NCBI GenBank assembly: GCA_027061855.1
Contig: JAMOVT010000070.1
Location: 35,322-99,321 of the forward strand
DNA length: 64,000 nt
Source of the DNA: Flavobacteriales bacterium
Lineage (GTDB): Bacteria > Bacteroidota > Bacteroidia > Flavobacteriales > Flavobacteriaceae
Direction: 5' to 3'
The position numbers and the translations under genes are program-made. Position 1 is the first letter of the stretch. Every line of letters starts with the position of its first letter. The notes under the pieces are model-generated. The model made no database searches and was not told the DNA's origin. It saw only the letters and a list, made by a program, of their open reading frames with translations. Shown piece after piece: positions 19,178 to 28,252 of this stretch.

Positions 19178-20260
19178 TCACAGATAGCGTAGTCCCAAAT
19201 ACTTAAAAATTTTGCCGGGTATTTTTTTCTGATACTTTTTTATATCGTTTTTATTTTCGACATCAAACCATTGTTTTAAAGAAGATAATTCTGCATTAAT
19301 TCTCTTCTTATGAGAGTGATAATAGATAGTTTCTTGTGGATTTAGATAAAAACTTCCTGAGCGAAAATTATTTTTATAAAAACTTTTGCTATTTAATACC
19401 GGACGGTAATATTTTATCAAGCTGCGGAAGGTATTTGTTTCGATTAAAAGATTATTACAAGACTCACATATATAAATAGCGAGTTTTTTAAATTCATACT
19501 CTTTGACTTGTGACGAACCACAATGACAACACTTCAAAGAAACTTTATCTTTGGGAGTAAACGAATTTCTATCCATTTCATGTTTCATTTTTGAATAGGC
19601 ATAAGCCAATTTTAGTAATTTGAAACTCATCCAAATCAAAAAGAGGAAAAGCGGCAGAAAGAACATATTTAATTCGGGCTGAAAGATTACACCGTCATAA
19701 AATCCATGTGCCAAAGTAGAAAGCAGAAAAGCCAAGCCCAAACCCAAATAATTTTTATGAACCTTCTTATGAATATACAAAGCTATTCCCAGATAAACGG
19801 AAAAAGCAATATGCCCGATTGTCGCCGTTAGAAACCTAAAAGCCAAGAGTTTATAAGGATAATCGGACTCCATTGCATAAAATAAATTCTCAATAACAGA
19901 AAAACCGAGAGATAATGCCGCTATATAAATTATACCGTCAACAATTTCATCAAAATCTTTTTTAATAAACTTATATAAAATCAGAAAACTGCTCAATTTG
20001 GCAAATTCTTCAACGGAACCCACTAGAAAAACGGCATCAAAAAAAGTTTGTTTGGGATGAATAAAAACATAAAGAAAAGTAGCTACACTCACGGAAACAA
20101 TTCCGCCGAAGAAGGAAAATAAAATCAATTTTGAAACCGGCTCTTTCTCATATTTATCATATCTGCGAATAAATAGTAAATATAGGAAACCTGCTAAATA
20201 GGTAACAAAAACTAATGGCAATAATTGCCCGATAGATAAATTAGTCAGGGGAATGTGCAT
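19178..20260 (-). CDS. PrsW-family intramembrane metalloprotease fused to a C-terminal Cys4 zinc-ribbon region
   Basis: 360 aa. Multi-TM N-terminal domain with VEEFAKL and HGFYD motifs (PrsW/CPBP-like). The cytoplasmic tail carries CCHCGS...(17 aa)...CESCNN. Confidence 0.7.
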   Translation of the reverse strand: MHIPLTNLSIGQLLPLVFVTYLAGFLYLLFIRRYDKYEKEPVSKLILFSFFGGIVSVSVATFLYVFIHPKQTFFDAVFLVGSVEEFAKLSSFLILYKFIKKDFDEIVDGIIYIAALSLGFSVIENLFYAMESDYPYKLLAFRFLTATIGHIAFSVYLGIALYIHKKVHKNYLGLGLAFLLSTLAHGFYDGVIFQPELNMFFLPLFLFLIWMSFKLLKLAYAYSKMKHEMDRNSFTPKDKVSLKCCHCGSSQVKEYEFKKLAIYICESCNNLLIETNTFRSLIKYYRPVLNSKSFYKNNFRSGSFYLNPQETIYYHSHKKRINAELSSLKQWFDVENKNDIKKYQKKIPGKIFKYLGLRYL

Positions 20261-21176
20261 TGTCCCAATTTATTTTTATAATGACCGCAATAAGTATTAT
20301 GGCACTGATCCATTGAACCGGTGACAAGACATGACCGTTTACATAATAATCGAGAATGATGGCGGTAATAGGAAAAAACAGTTCCATAATAGTGGAAAGA
20401 ATGGCTTTGACCCTTTTTAATCCGTAATAATAAAGAAAAATAGCTCCCAATCCGCTGGTTAAAATGATTATAAGAACAAACCACCAATTTTTTTCGGTCA
20501 TATATTTAAAATCAAATAAATGACCGGTCACAAGCACAATTATAAACATAATCAATGCCGTCATTCCATACCGGAAATAGGTGGCGGTCACAAAATCTAG
20601 TTTATGAAGTATTTTTTTACTGAAAACCGTAGAACTTCCAAAGCTAAAAGCAGCTAAAATGGCTAATAGAGCGGCAATAATTGTATTCCGGTCACGATCC
20701 ACATGTGGCAATTGCCATCCGAAAGTGAGAAAATAACCTGCAATAATGGCAATCGTAGCCCAAAATAAAAAATGTTTATGAGGTTTTTCCTTTAAAATCA
20801 ATGCCGCAAGGATAATGGCAAAAACAGGTTGGAGTTTTTGTAAAAGCACCACTATCGAAAGGGATTTGAAATTTACCAGAAAAAGAGCTTCTACTATAAA
20901 AATTGTCCCTAAAGCCCCTCCGAATAAAGCAACCAAAAACAATGAAATCAATTCGTTGCGATTGAGGTGTTTTATATATCTTATTCTCTTATATAAAAAC
21001 AAACTCATTAATAAAAACGGCAAGGCATGAAGGATAAAAACCACAAATTTGGCATCCAAATTATATAAACCGGGCGTAAGAACAATTCCGTCCATTCCCC
21101 ATAAAGTAGCTGCAAGGGCTATACTGACAGCTCCAATAATAACAGCTCTCTTTTCTTTTAATATTCTGTTGCTCAT
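20241..21176 (-). CDS. EamA/DMT-family transporter
   Basis: 311 aa, about 10 TM helices in two EamA-like halves. Its 3-prime end overlaps the prsW-like start by 20 nt. Confidence 0.8.
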   Translation of the reverse strand: MSNRILKEKRAVIIGAVSIALAATLWGMDGIVLTPGLYNLDAKFVVFILHALPFLLMSLFLYKRIRYIKHLNRNELISLFLVALFGGALGTIFIVEALFLVNFKSLSIVVLLQKLQPVFAIILAALILKEKPHKHFLFWATIAIIAGYFLTFGWQLPHVDRDRNTIIAALLAILAAFSFGSSTVFSKKILHKLDFVTATYFRYGMTALIMFIIVLVTGHLFDFKYMTEKNWWFVLIIILTSGLGAIFLYYYGLKRVKAILSTIMELFFPITAIILDYYVNGHVLSPVQWISAIILIAVIIKINWDNAHSPD

Positions 21177-21191
21177 TCCTGTCTCTACTCT

Positions 21192-22301
21192 CTAATTATC
21201 CAACAATTCTACAATTTTCTTTTCCAATTCTTTCCCGCGTAAATTTTTGGCTACAATTACTCCTTTTGAATCGAGCAAAATAGTTTGTGGAATGGCGGAA
21301 ACACCATAAAGTTTGGCTACCGGTTCTTGCCAAAATTTAAGATTGGAAACATGCTGCCATTCCAAACTGTCTTTTTCTATTGCTTTTAGCCATGCTTCTT
21401 TATCTTTGTCTAATGATACCCCGATTATATTGAAACCCCGATCGTGATATTTTCTATAAAGAGATACGACAAAAGGATTTTCTACCCGGCAAGGTTTACA
21501 CCAAGAAGCCCAAAAATCGATCAAGGTCACTTTTCCCATAGCCGAATTTAGTGAGAGTCTTTTCCCGTCCGGAGTCGGAGCAATAAAATTGGGGGCTTTC
21601 CCTCCTATATCCGTTGCCCCTTTTGTCAATAGAACTACATTAATGTATTTTCCGATTCCCGTTTTTTGAACGGCCACGGGATAATCCATATATACTTTAC
21701 GGATGGTACCGAATTGAGCCTCGGGAGAACTTAATAATCCCTGCATCACAACCAATCCCGTAATATCTTTATTTTGAGAGATGTACTCATATTGCCGTTT
21801 CTTTATCTCTTTGGCCCATTTTTCATATGCTTGTTTAATGGAATCTTGTTGTTGTTCGTCTTTTGCCATTTGAAAGGCCATTTTAAACTCTTGCCCTTTT
21901 TCTCTTTCTTTTAACGAGTTGCGATAGTAATTATATAATTTTTTTGTCAAACCCGATTGACTTTGAGACACATCGGATTGGAAACCGTATTGATTGTCAA
22001 TGTCAAAAAACACATCGCCGTCACCTATTATTAACGCCAATCTTTTTTGAGGTTCACCAGCAAATTTAATTACCGCCAAATCGGGGTTTTGTTTAGGAAT
22101 TGTAAACCGGAACAGACTGTCTTTTACCAAAACAGTATCCACCGGTTCGGAAACGAGCTCTTTATTGATTTTATATAAAACCAATTCTTTTCCATCCGGT
22201 TCGGGGACATTTCCCGAGATGGTATAGGTTTCAATTTTAGGCTGATTATTACAAGCAAAGAGGAAAGTGGAAAGAAAGGCGTAAAAAAAGAATTTTTTCA
22301 T
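21192..22301 (-). CDS. TlpA/ResA-like thiol-disulfide oxidoreductase lipoprotein (DUF4369-like N-domain + thioredoxin fold)
   Basis: 369 aa. Lipobox LFAC. Thioredoxin motif FWASWCKPCRVENP. Confidence 0.85.
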   Translation of the reverse strand: MKKFFFYAFLSTFLFACNNQPKIETYTISGNVPEPDGKELVLYKINKELVSEPVDTVLVKDSLFRFTIPKQNPDLAVIKFAGEPQKRLALIIGDGDVFFDIDNQYGFQSDVSQSQSGLTKKLYNYYRNSLKEREKGQEFKMAFQMAKDEQQQDSIKQAYEKWAKEIKKRQYEYISQNKDITGLVVMQGLLSSPEAQFGTIRKVYMDYPVAVQKTGIGKYINVVLLTKGATDIGGKAPNFIAPTPDGKRLSLNSAMGKVTLIDFWASWCKPCRVENPFVVSLYRKYHDRGFNIIGVSLDKDKEAWLKAIEKDSLEWQHVSNLKFWQEPVAKLYGVSAIPQTILLDSKGVIVAKNLRGKELEKKIVELLDN

Positions 22302-22315
22302 AGGATATTTAATTT

Positions 22316-22361
22316 AAAAAGTCCGGAGATAATACTTTTAAAAGCGATTATCCGCCGGACT
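22316..22361 (-). terminator. Rho-independent terminator between the two TlpA-like paralogs
   Basis: AGTCCGG-a-GATAAT ...loop... ATTATC-cg-CCGGACT: a 7+6 bp stem with a small internal loop. On the minus strand a U-run follows (plus-strand aaaaa at 22316-22320). Confidence 0.65.
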
Positions 22362-22385
22362 AAAATACAAAATATTTTCCAATGA

Positions 22386-23516
22386 TTATTCCGCTAATAA
22401 TTCTTTAATTTTGGCCTCCAATCGATCTCTACGAAGATTTTTTGCACGGATAATCCCGTTTTTATCCAAAATATAAGTTTGAGGAATCGATTCTACATGG
22501 TACAATTTTCTGGCAATCGGATCATTCCAGAATTGCAAATTGGATACTTGATACCAATCGAGCTGGTCGTCTTTAATGGCTTTTACCCAAGCCTCTTTAT
22601 TACCAGGTTTATCAAGAGAAACACCGATAATATTTAAACCTTGCGGGTGATATTTTTTGTAGATCTCTCTCACATAAGGATTTTCTACACGACAAGGACG
22701 ACACCATGAAGCCCAGAAATCGATTACGGTCACTTTTCCCATTGCATCCTTCAAAGAAAGCATTTTTCCATCGGGTGTAGGGGCGGAAAAATCAGGAGCT
22801 TTGCTTCCAATAGAAACAGCAGATTTTTCTTTTACCACCTTATAAGCATTTTTTGTGTTTGGTAAATTCTTGATATCTTCCGGGAAAGCTTCATATAATT
22901 CTTTAAGTTTATTATAATTAGGCTCGGCACGGTCAAAAGCCAATTTTTCAAAAATCATCGCTCCAACAAGATTGTCTTTGTTTTGCTCGATAAATTTATA
23001 TTCAAACTCATGTCTTTCATCATCAATATTATAATAACGATTGATGATTTTTGTTTTTTCTTCTTCATTGGCTTTATTTTCTGCCGCTTGATAAAGTTTG
23101 GCTAATTTTTGTTGCTTATCGGCATAGAGTTTCAACTCGTCAAAATAATCATATAGTTTCTTATTCAAGCCTGTACTTAAAACAGACGAGTTACGCATAT
23201 GCTCGATATTCACATCTACTTTTATATCGGCTCCTTTTTCAAGGATAAGTGGCAGGTCACTGGGAACTCCGTCAATAACTACATAAGCCAACTCGGGCTT
23301 GTCTACATTGGCTTTCAAAACGAAGTGGCCTTCTTTTACGGTAGTCGAATCTAAAACAACAGGTTTTGTCCCGTCATATTTAATCAATTTCACTACCGGA
23401 TTTTCCACTCCCATTACGGTTCCTTCTATCGTAACATTTCCGTCTTTTTTTTCAGTTTTATTTCCGCAAGAAGCCATTAAAAGCATTCCGGCAAAAAGTA
23501 TCAATATTTTTTTCAT
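22386..23516 (-). CDS. TlpA/ResA-like thiol-disulfide oxidoreductase lipoprotein (paralog of 21192..22301)
   Basis: 376 aa. Lipobox MASC. Motif FWASWCRPCRVENP. The C-terminal ~120 aa are clearly homologous to the neighbour (IIGVSLDK, WxxVSNLxFW, SIPQT). Confidence 0.85.
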   Translation of the reverse strand: MKKILILFAGMLLMASCGNKTEKKDGNVTIEGTVMGVENPVVKLIKYDGTKPVVLDSTTVKEGHFVLKANVDKPELAYVVIDGVPSDLPLILEKGADIKVDVNIEHMRNSSVLSTGLNKKLYDYFDELKLYADKQQKLAKLYQAAENKANEEEKTKIINRYYNIDDERHEFEYKFIEQNKDNLVGAMIFEKLAFDRAEPNYNKLKELYEAFPEDIKNLPNTKNAYKVVKEKSAVSIGSKAPDFSAPTPDGKMLSLKDAMGKVTVIDFWASWCRPCRVENPYVREIYKKYHPQGLNIIGVSLDKPGNKEAWVKAIKDDQLDWYQVSNLQFWNDPIARKLYHVESIPQTYILDKNGIIRAKNLRRDRLEAKIKELLAE

Positions 23517-23537
23517 CGCATATTTTTTTTATTCCTG

Positions 23538-23545
23538 CAAATATA
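23538..23545 (-). promoter_or_regulatory. Candidate -7 box (TATATTTG on minus strand) for the upstream TlpA-like gene
   Basis: Plus-strand caaatata, about 21 nt upstream of the ATG at 23516. Confidence 0.45.
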
Positions 23546-23591
23546 ACAAAAAGATACATCGGTTTTTTGGCTGGTTTGTGATTTTTTATTC

Positions 23592-23599
23592 TATATTTG
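23592..23599 (+). promoter_or_regulatory. Candidate -7 box TATATTTG for the CDP-alcohol phosphatidyltransferase gene
   Basis: Exact TAnnTTTG match 31 nt upstream of the ATG at 23630. It is divergent from the box at 23538-23545. Confidence 0.45.
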
Positions 23600-23629
23600 T
23601 AAGCCTAATTCATTCCCTATTTTGAATAT

Positions 23630-24217
23630 ATGCAGTCAAAGGATAAATTTCTTACTCTTCCTAATCTTATCTCGTTATACCGGCTTATCACCGTCCCTGT
23701 TTTATTTTATGTCGCCTATAAAGGAAATGAAAAATTATTTTTTTATTGGTTTTTATTCAATGCTTTCACAGATGCATTGGACGGCTTTATAGCAAGACGT
23801 TTCAATATGCAAACGAAATTGGGAGCAAAACTCGATTCTCTGGCGGATTTCTTTATGTATCTGCTTGCCATGTATGCACTTTTGCGACTCAAAGGAGAGG
23901 AATTGGAACCCGTTAAATACAGTTTTTATCTATTAATTTTTTATTATTTATTCATCGACATATTTTCATTAATAAAATTCAAAGAAATTTCCAGTCTGCA
24001 TTTATTTCTTGCAAAAGCAAACGGTTTGGTACAATCTCTTTTCTTCCTTTTATTGTTCACGGTAGGTTTTAATGAAAAATTTTATTGGTTTGTATTTGGT
24101 TTGGCTACTTTATCTTTCATTGAAAACATGTATTTTCTAATCAAACTAAAAAAAATGCGTTCCGATTTAAAGGGAATTTACTGGGTACATAAAAACCATA
24201 TCGACATCAATCAATGA
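23630..24217 (+). CDS. CDP-alcohol phosphatidyltransferase family protein
   Basis: 195 aa, membrane protein. Signature DALDGFIARRFNMQTKLGAKLDSLAD (D-G-x2-A-R-x8-G-x3-D-x3-D). Confidence 0.85.
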   Translation: MQSKDKFLTLPNLISLYRLITVPVLFYVAYKGNEKLFFYWFLFNAFTDALDGFIARRFNMQTKLGAKLDSLADFFMYLLAMYALLRLKGEELEPVKYSFYLLIFYYLFIDIFSLIKFKEISSLHLFLAKANGLVQSLFFLLLFTVGFNEKFYWFVFGLATLSFIENMYFLIKLKKMRSDLKGIYWVHKNHIDINQ

Positions 24218-24220
24218 TTT

Positions 24221-24679
24221 ATGAAAAAACTATTACTACTTCTATTTATCACTTCCTTATTACAAATTTCATGTGGATCTTCCAAGAAGAAAAGCAATAC
24301 CGAGGCTTCACGAAAATATTTGCTTGAAAAAGCCTATAAAAAATACAAAGGAACAAGATACCGCTATGGAGGAACAACCTCCCGGGGGTTTGACTGTTCC
24401 GGATTTACGCAAAGAGTTTTTAGTGAATACTTGCATTATTCCCTGCCACGCACCACCAAAGCGATGATGAAAACGGGAAAAAAAATATCAAAAAAACAAT
24501 TAAAACCGGGGGATTTGGTTTTCTTTCGTCCCAGCAGAAGATATTATCACGTGGGGATATATATTGGTAACGGAACTTTTATTCATGCTTCTACCTCAAA
24601 AGGCGTAATTAAATCCCATTTGACGAATCCGTATTGGAAAAAGAAATATATCTTTTCGCGCCGGGTATTAAAATATTAA
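24221..24679 (+). CDS. NlpC/P60 family cell-wall peptidase lipoprotein
   Basis: 152 aa. Lipobox QISC. Catalytic GFDCSGF and HVGIYIGNGTFIHAS. Confidence 0.88.
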   Translation: MKKLLLLLFITSLLQISCGSSKKKSNTEASRKYLLEKAYKKYKGTRYRYGGTTSRGFDCSGFTQRVFSEYLHYSLPRTTKAMMKTGKKISKKQLKPGDLVFFRPSRRYYHVGIYIGNGTFIHASTSKGVIKSHLTNPYWKKKYIFSRRVLKY

Positions 24680-25995
24680 ATTATCCCCATTAACTGAGAA
24701 ACCCATTGCATTAACCAAGCGGAAATCATAGCGGCTACCGTCCCCACGATATATCCCATAATGGCAAGCATCACTCCTACTGATGCCAGCGAAGGATGAA
24801 AAGCTGCTGCCACAATCGGTGCAGAAGCGGCTCCACCTACATTTGCCTGACTTCCTACTGCCAAAAAGAAAAAAGGTGCACGAATAGCCTTGGCAACCAA
24901 GATTAATAAAAGAGCATGAATACTCATCCATATTAATCCGATTAGAATCAAACCCGGATTCTTTAAAATTTCTCCCAAATCCATTTTCATTCCGATAGTA
25001 GCTACAAGAATATAGATGAAAACACTCCCGATTTTTGAGGCGCCGGCACCTTCATAATTCCTGATTTTTGTAAAAGAAAACAAGATTCCGAAAAGAGTAG
25101 ATAAAGAAATCAACCAAAAAAACGGAGAGGCAAAAGAAGAAACAAAAGAAGATTTATCGGCGATAAGAGGAATATTTTCTTTTAAAAAATCCGAGATAAT
25201 TCCGGATCCCCAAAAAGCAATACCCACGGCAAAAAAAGTAATGCCCAACATTTCCATATAATCAGTAAGTGTAGGAATACGTTCAACCTTCTTTGAAAAA
25301 TTAATAATTTTTTGTTTCAATTCTTCAATGGCAGAAGTGTCTGCTTTTAGCCATTTATCAATTTTTTGACTACGCGGAATACCCAATAACAGAATAGCCA
25401 TCCAAATATTTGCCACAAAAATATCTACCAATACGGTCGCTCCGTATTTTTTTATATTGTACTCAAAGATTTCCAACATAGCCGCTTGGTTCGCTCCTCC
25501 TCCGATCCAACTTCCTGCGAGGGTCGATAAACCTCTCCAGAGAGCATCATGTCCGGTTCCCGCCACTGTATCCGGAGAAATAGTTCCTACGATATACAAA
25601 GCAATAGGACCACCGATAACAATCCCCAGTGTGCCCGTAAAAAACATGATCAATGCTTTTGGGCCCAAACGAAAAACCCCTTTCAGATCTACACTTAGAG
25701 TCATTAAAATCAAGGATGCAGGCAGTAACAACCTGCTGGCGATATAATACAAATTAGAATGATGAACAATTTCCTTTCCGTTTTTAATTTCAACCCATTC
25801 ATTGGCAATAATTCCGGTTGAAGTCAAAACAGCCGGCAATACGTATGCCAAAAGTAGTGAGGGAACGATTTTGTAAAACTTTTCCCAAAAACCACCTTTA
25901 ATATGACTGGTATAGAAAATCAAAGCCAAAAGTCCCATTAAAAGACCGAAAACTACAATATCGTTAGTGAAAACCGGGGGATTGTGATGCATCAT
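24676..25995 (-). CDS. DUF819-like polytopic membrane protein; function unknown
   Basis: 439 aa, about 12 TM helices. The family name is from memory. Its 3-prime end overlaps the convergent NlpC/P60 gene by 4 nt. Confidence 0.6.
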   Translation of the reverse strand: MMHHNPPVFTNDIVVFGLLMGLLALIFYTSHIKGGFWEKFYKIVPSLLLAYVLPAVLTSTGIIANEWVEIKNGKEIVHHSNLYYIASRLLLPASLILMTLSVDLKGVFRLGPKALIMFFTGTLGIVIGGPIALYIVGTISPDTVAGTGHDALWRGLSTLAGSWIGGGANQAAMLEIFEYNIKKYGATVLVDIFVANIWMAILLLGIPRSQKIDKWLKADTSAIEELKQKIINFSKKVERIPTLTDYMEMLGITFFAVGIAFWGSGIISDFLKENIPLIADKSSFVSSFASPFFWLISLSTLFGILFSFTKIRNYEGAGASKIGSVFIYILVATIGMKMDLGEILKNPGLILIGLIWMSIHALLLILVAKAIRAPFFFLAVGSQANVGGAASAPIVAAAFHPSLASVGVMLAIMGYIVGTVAAMISAWLMQWVSQLMGII

Positions 25996-26017
25996 TAATT
26001 TTTTTCTGATTGAAGCA

Positions 26018-26025
26018 CAAATATA
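26018..26025 (-). promoter_or_regulatory. Candidate -7 box (TATATTTG on minus strand) for the DUF819-like gene
   Basis: Plus-strand caaatata, 22 nt upstream of the ATG at 25995. Confidence 0.45.
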
Positions 26026-26072
26026 TTAAAAAGTAATTAGTTAAAAAGTTTGTTATTTTAATATGTCTTATA

Positions 26073-26080
26073 TATCTTTG
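26073..26080 (+). promoter_or_regulatory. Candidate -7 box TATCTTTG for the S46 peptidase gene
   Basis: Exact TAnnTTTG match 29 nt upstream of the ATG at 26109. It ends 1 nt before the TTG start used by the ORF track. Confidence 0.45.
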
Positions 26081-26108
26081 ATTGATACAAACTAGAAACC
26101 GAATTAAA

Positions 26109-28250
26109 ATGATAAACAAAACGACTTACCATTTTCTTTTTTTATTAAGCTTCATCAGCTTTTCACTTCAAGCTCAGAACATTAGAATGCTCATTCCTTC
26201 TGAAATTGATAAATCTACTGAGGCCGAAATGAAAGAAATGGGTTCATTGTTGAATGCAAAAGATATTTATAGCCCGGATACTCTTTCAATAAATGATGCT
26301 GTTATCCAATTTAACGGGGGGTGTACCGGAGAGATAGTCTCTCCCCAAGGGTTGATTTTTACCAATCATCATTGTGGTTACGGAGCAATACAAGCTCATT
26401 CTACTTTTGAACATAATTATATAAAAGAGGGATTTTGGGCCAAGGACCAAAAAGATGAACTCCCCAATCCCGGCATGTATGTAACCTTTGTCAGAAAAAT
26501 CACTGAAGTAACCGATGATGTTTTCAAAGGTGTAAAAGAAAACATGGATGAAAACATCAAAAAAAATATCATCCGTAAAAATATCAATAAGCTTAAAGAA
26601 ACACTTCCGCGTAAAGAATGGCAGGAAATAGATATACGTCCTTTTTATGCCGGCAATAAATATTATGCCTTTACAATTGAAAATTATAAAGATATACGTT
26701 TGGTAGGAGCACCGCCTTCTTCCATAGGAAAATTCGGTGCCGATACAGATAACTGGATGTGGCCCAGACATACAGGCGATTTTTCTATTTTCAGGATTTA
26801 TGCCGATAAAAATAACAGACCGGCAGAATACAGCCCGGACAATGTGCCTTATAAAACCCAAAGCTATTTTAAAATCTCTCTTGACGGTGCTCAACCCGGT
26901 GAATTCTTTCTTGTATATGGTTTTCCCGGTCGAACACAAGAATATTTACCTTCAATAGCCGTTGAAAAAAAGGTGGAAATTATCAATCCGGCCAGAATTG
27001 AAATCAGAGAGAAAACATTGGAAGTAATGGATCGTTTTATGCAAAAAAACGATACGGTTAAATTAAAATACACTGCAAAATATGCACGCATAGCCAATTA
27101 TTGGAAAAAATGGATTGGAGAAACGCAAGGAATCAAAAAATCAAATGCCATAGAAAAGAAAAAAGCTTTTGAAAAAAAGTTTTTGGAGGAAGCCAAAGCT
27201 CAGGATTTAGATGCCTCCTATCAGAATATATTTAATGTCTTTGATGATTTATACGCACAAGTTACAGATCCCGAACTTGCCAGAAATTATTTTATAGAAA
27301 CTTTTTATCTAAATAATGATCTTCTCAAGAGAGCTTTGCAATTATATAATCTAGAAACTATTTATGAACGCAAAGGAAAAAATGCATATAAAGAGGCGGC
27401 AGAAAAAATAAGCAAGCAAATCGCCTCCAGTTTTTCTAATTATGACCCACAGGTAGACAAAGAAATTTTTAAAACTTTGTTGAAATTATACCAAGAAAAA
27501 ATGCCGGAAAAATACCTTAATTCCGAACTAAAAAATAAGGATATCGATGCACTTGCTGATCAAATTTATGAAAACTCTCTTTTAAACAATCCTGAAAAAA
27601 TTCAAAAGTTATTAAAAAGAAATCCAAAAAAATTTATTAAGACTATAGATGATGACTCCGGCTATGTTTTTGCAAAAAAAATCATTGATACCTATTACAA
27701 AAAAATTGCTCCCGATTATGCTCAATTAAGAGAAAAAATCAATGAAGTGCAAAAAAAATACGTGACCGGAATTATACAAACAGCAGGAAAACTTCCAAAT
27801 CCCGATGCGAATGGAACTCTAAGAGTAACTTACGGAGTAATAGAAGGTTATGAACCCAGAGATGCCGTATATTATTTCCCTGTTTCCCACTTGAAAGGAG
27901 TAATGGAAAAATATATCCCGGGAGATTATGAATTTGATGTGCCCAAAAAATTAATTGAATTATATATTAAGAAAGATTATGAACCTTATTCTACCAACGG
28001 AAAAATGCCTGTGGACTTCCTGGGATCTGCTCATACTACCGGGGGAAACTCCGGCTCACCCGCAATAAATAAAGAGGGAGAGCTAATTGGCATAAACTTT
28101 GATAGAGTATGGGAGGGAACCATGAGTGACCTTTTCTATGATAAAAAAATTAGTAGAAATATTATGGTAGATATACGATATGTATTATTTATTATCGATA
28201 AATTTGCCAATGCAAAAAGATTAATTAACGAATTACACATAACTAAATAA
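26109..28250 (+). CDS. S46 family dipeptidyl-peptidase (DPP7/DPP11-like serine peptidase)
   Basis: About 713 aa from ATG 26109 (MINKTTYHFLF..., signal peptide). Catalytic His motif FTNHHCG, catalytic Ser motif TTGGNSGSPAIN, and a helical insert between the chymotrypsin-fold halves. Confidence 0.88.
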   Translation: MINKTTYHFLFLLSFISFSLQAQNIRMLIPSEIDKSTEAEMKEMGSLLNAKDIYSPDTLSINDAVIQFNGGCTGEIVSPQGLIFTNHHCGYGAIQAHSTFEHNYIKEGFWAKDQKDELPNPGMYVTFVRKITEVTDDVFKGVKENMDENIKKNIIRKNINKLKETLPRKEWQEIDIRPFYAGNKYYAFTIENYKDIRLVGAPPSSIGKFGADTDNWMWPRHTGDFSIFRIYADKNNRPAEYSPDNVPYKTQSYFKISLDGAQPGEFFLVYGFPGRTQEYLPSIAVEKKVEIINPARIEIREKTLEVMDRFMQKNDTVKLKYTAKYARIANYWKKWIGETQGIKKSNAIEKKKAFEKKFLEEAKAQDLDASYQNIFNVFDDLYAQVTDPELARNYFIETFYLNNDLLKRALQLYNLETIYERKGKNAYKEAAEKISKQIASSFSNYDPQVDKEIFKTLLKLYQEKMPEKYLNSELKNKDIDALADQIYENSLLNNPEKIQKLLKRNPKKFIKTIDDDSGYVFAKKIIDTYYKKIAPDYAQLREKINEVQKKYVTGIIQTAGKLPNPDANGTLRVTYGVIEGYEPRDAVYYFPVSHLKGVMEKYIPGDYEFDVPKKLIELYIKKDYEPYSTNGKMPVDFLGSAHTTGGNSGSPAINKEGELIGINFDRVWEGTMSDLFYDKKISRNIMVDIRYVLFIIDKFANAKRLINELHITK

Positions 28251-28252
28251 TC

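Noticed and set aside
23521-23530. A/T homopolymer tracts of 8-9 nt (also 6123-6130, 44485-44492, 46609-46616, 48647-48654) as possible phase-variation switches
   Set aside because: Such tracts are expected by chance in a genome this AT-rich. Most lie in terminators or Lys/Phe codon runs, and there are no long G/C tracts or dinucleotide repeats near starts.
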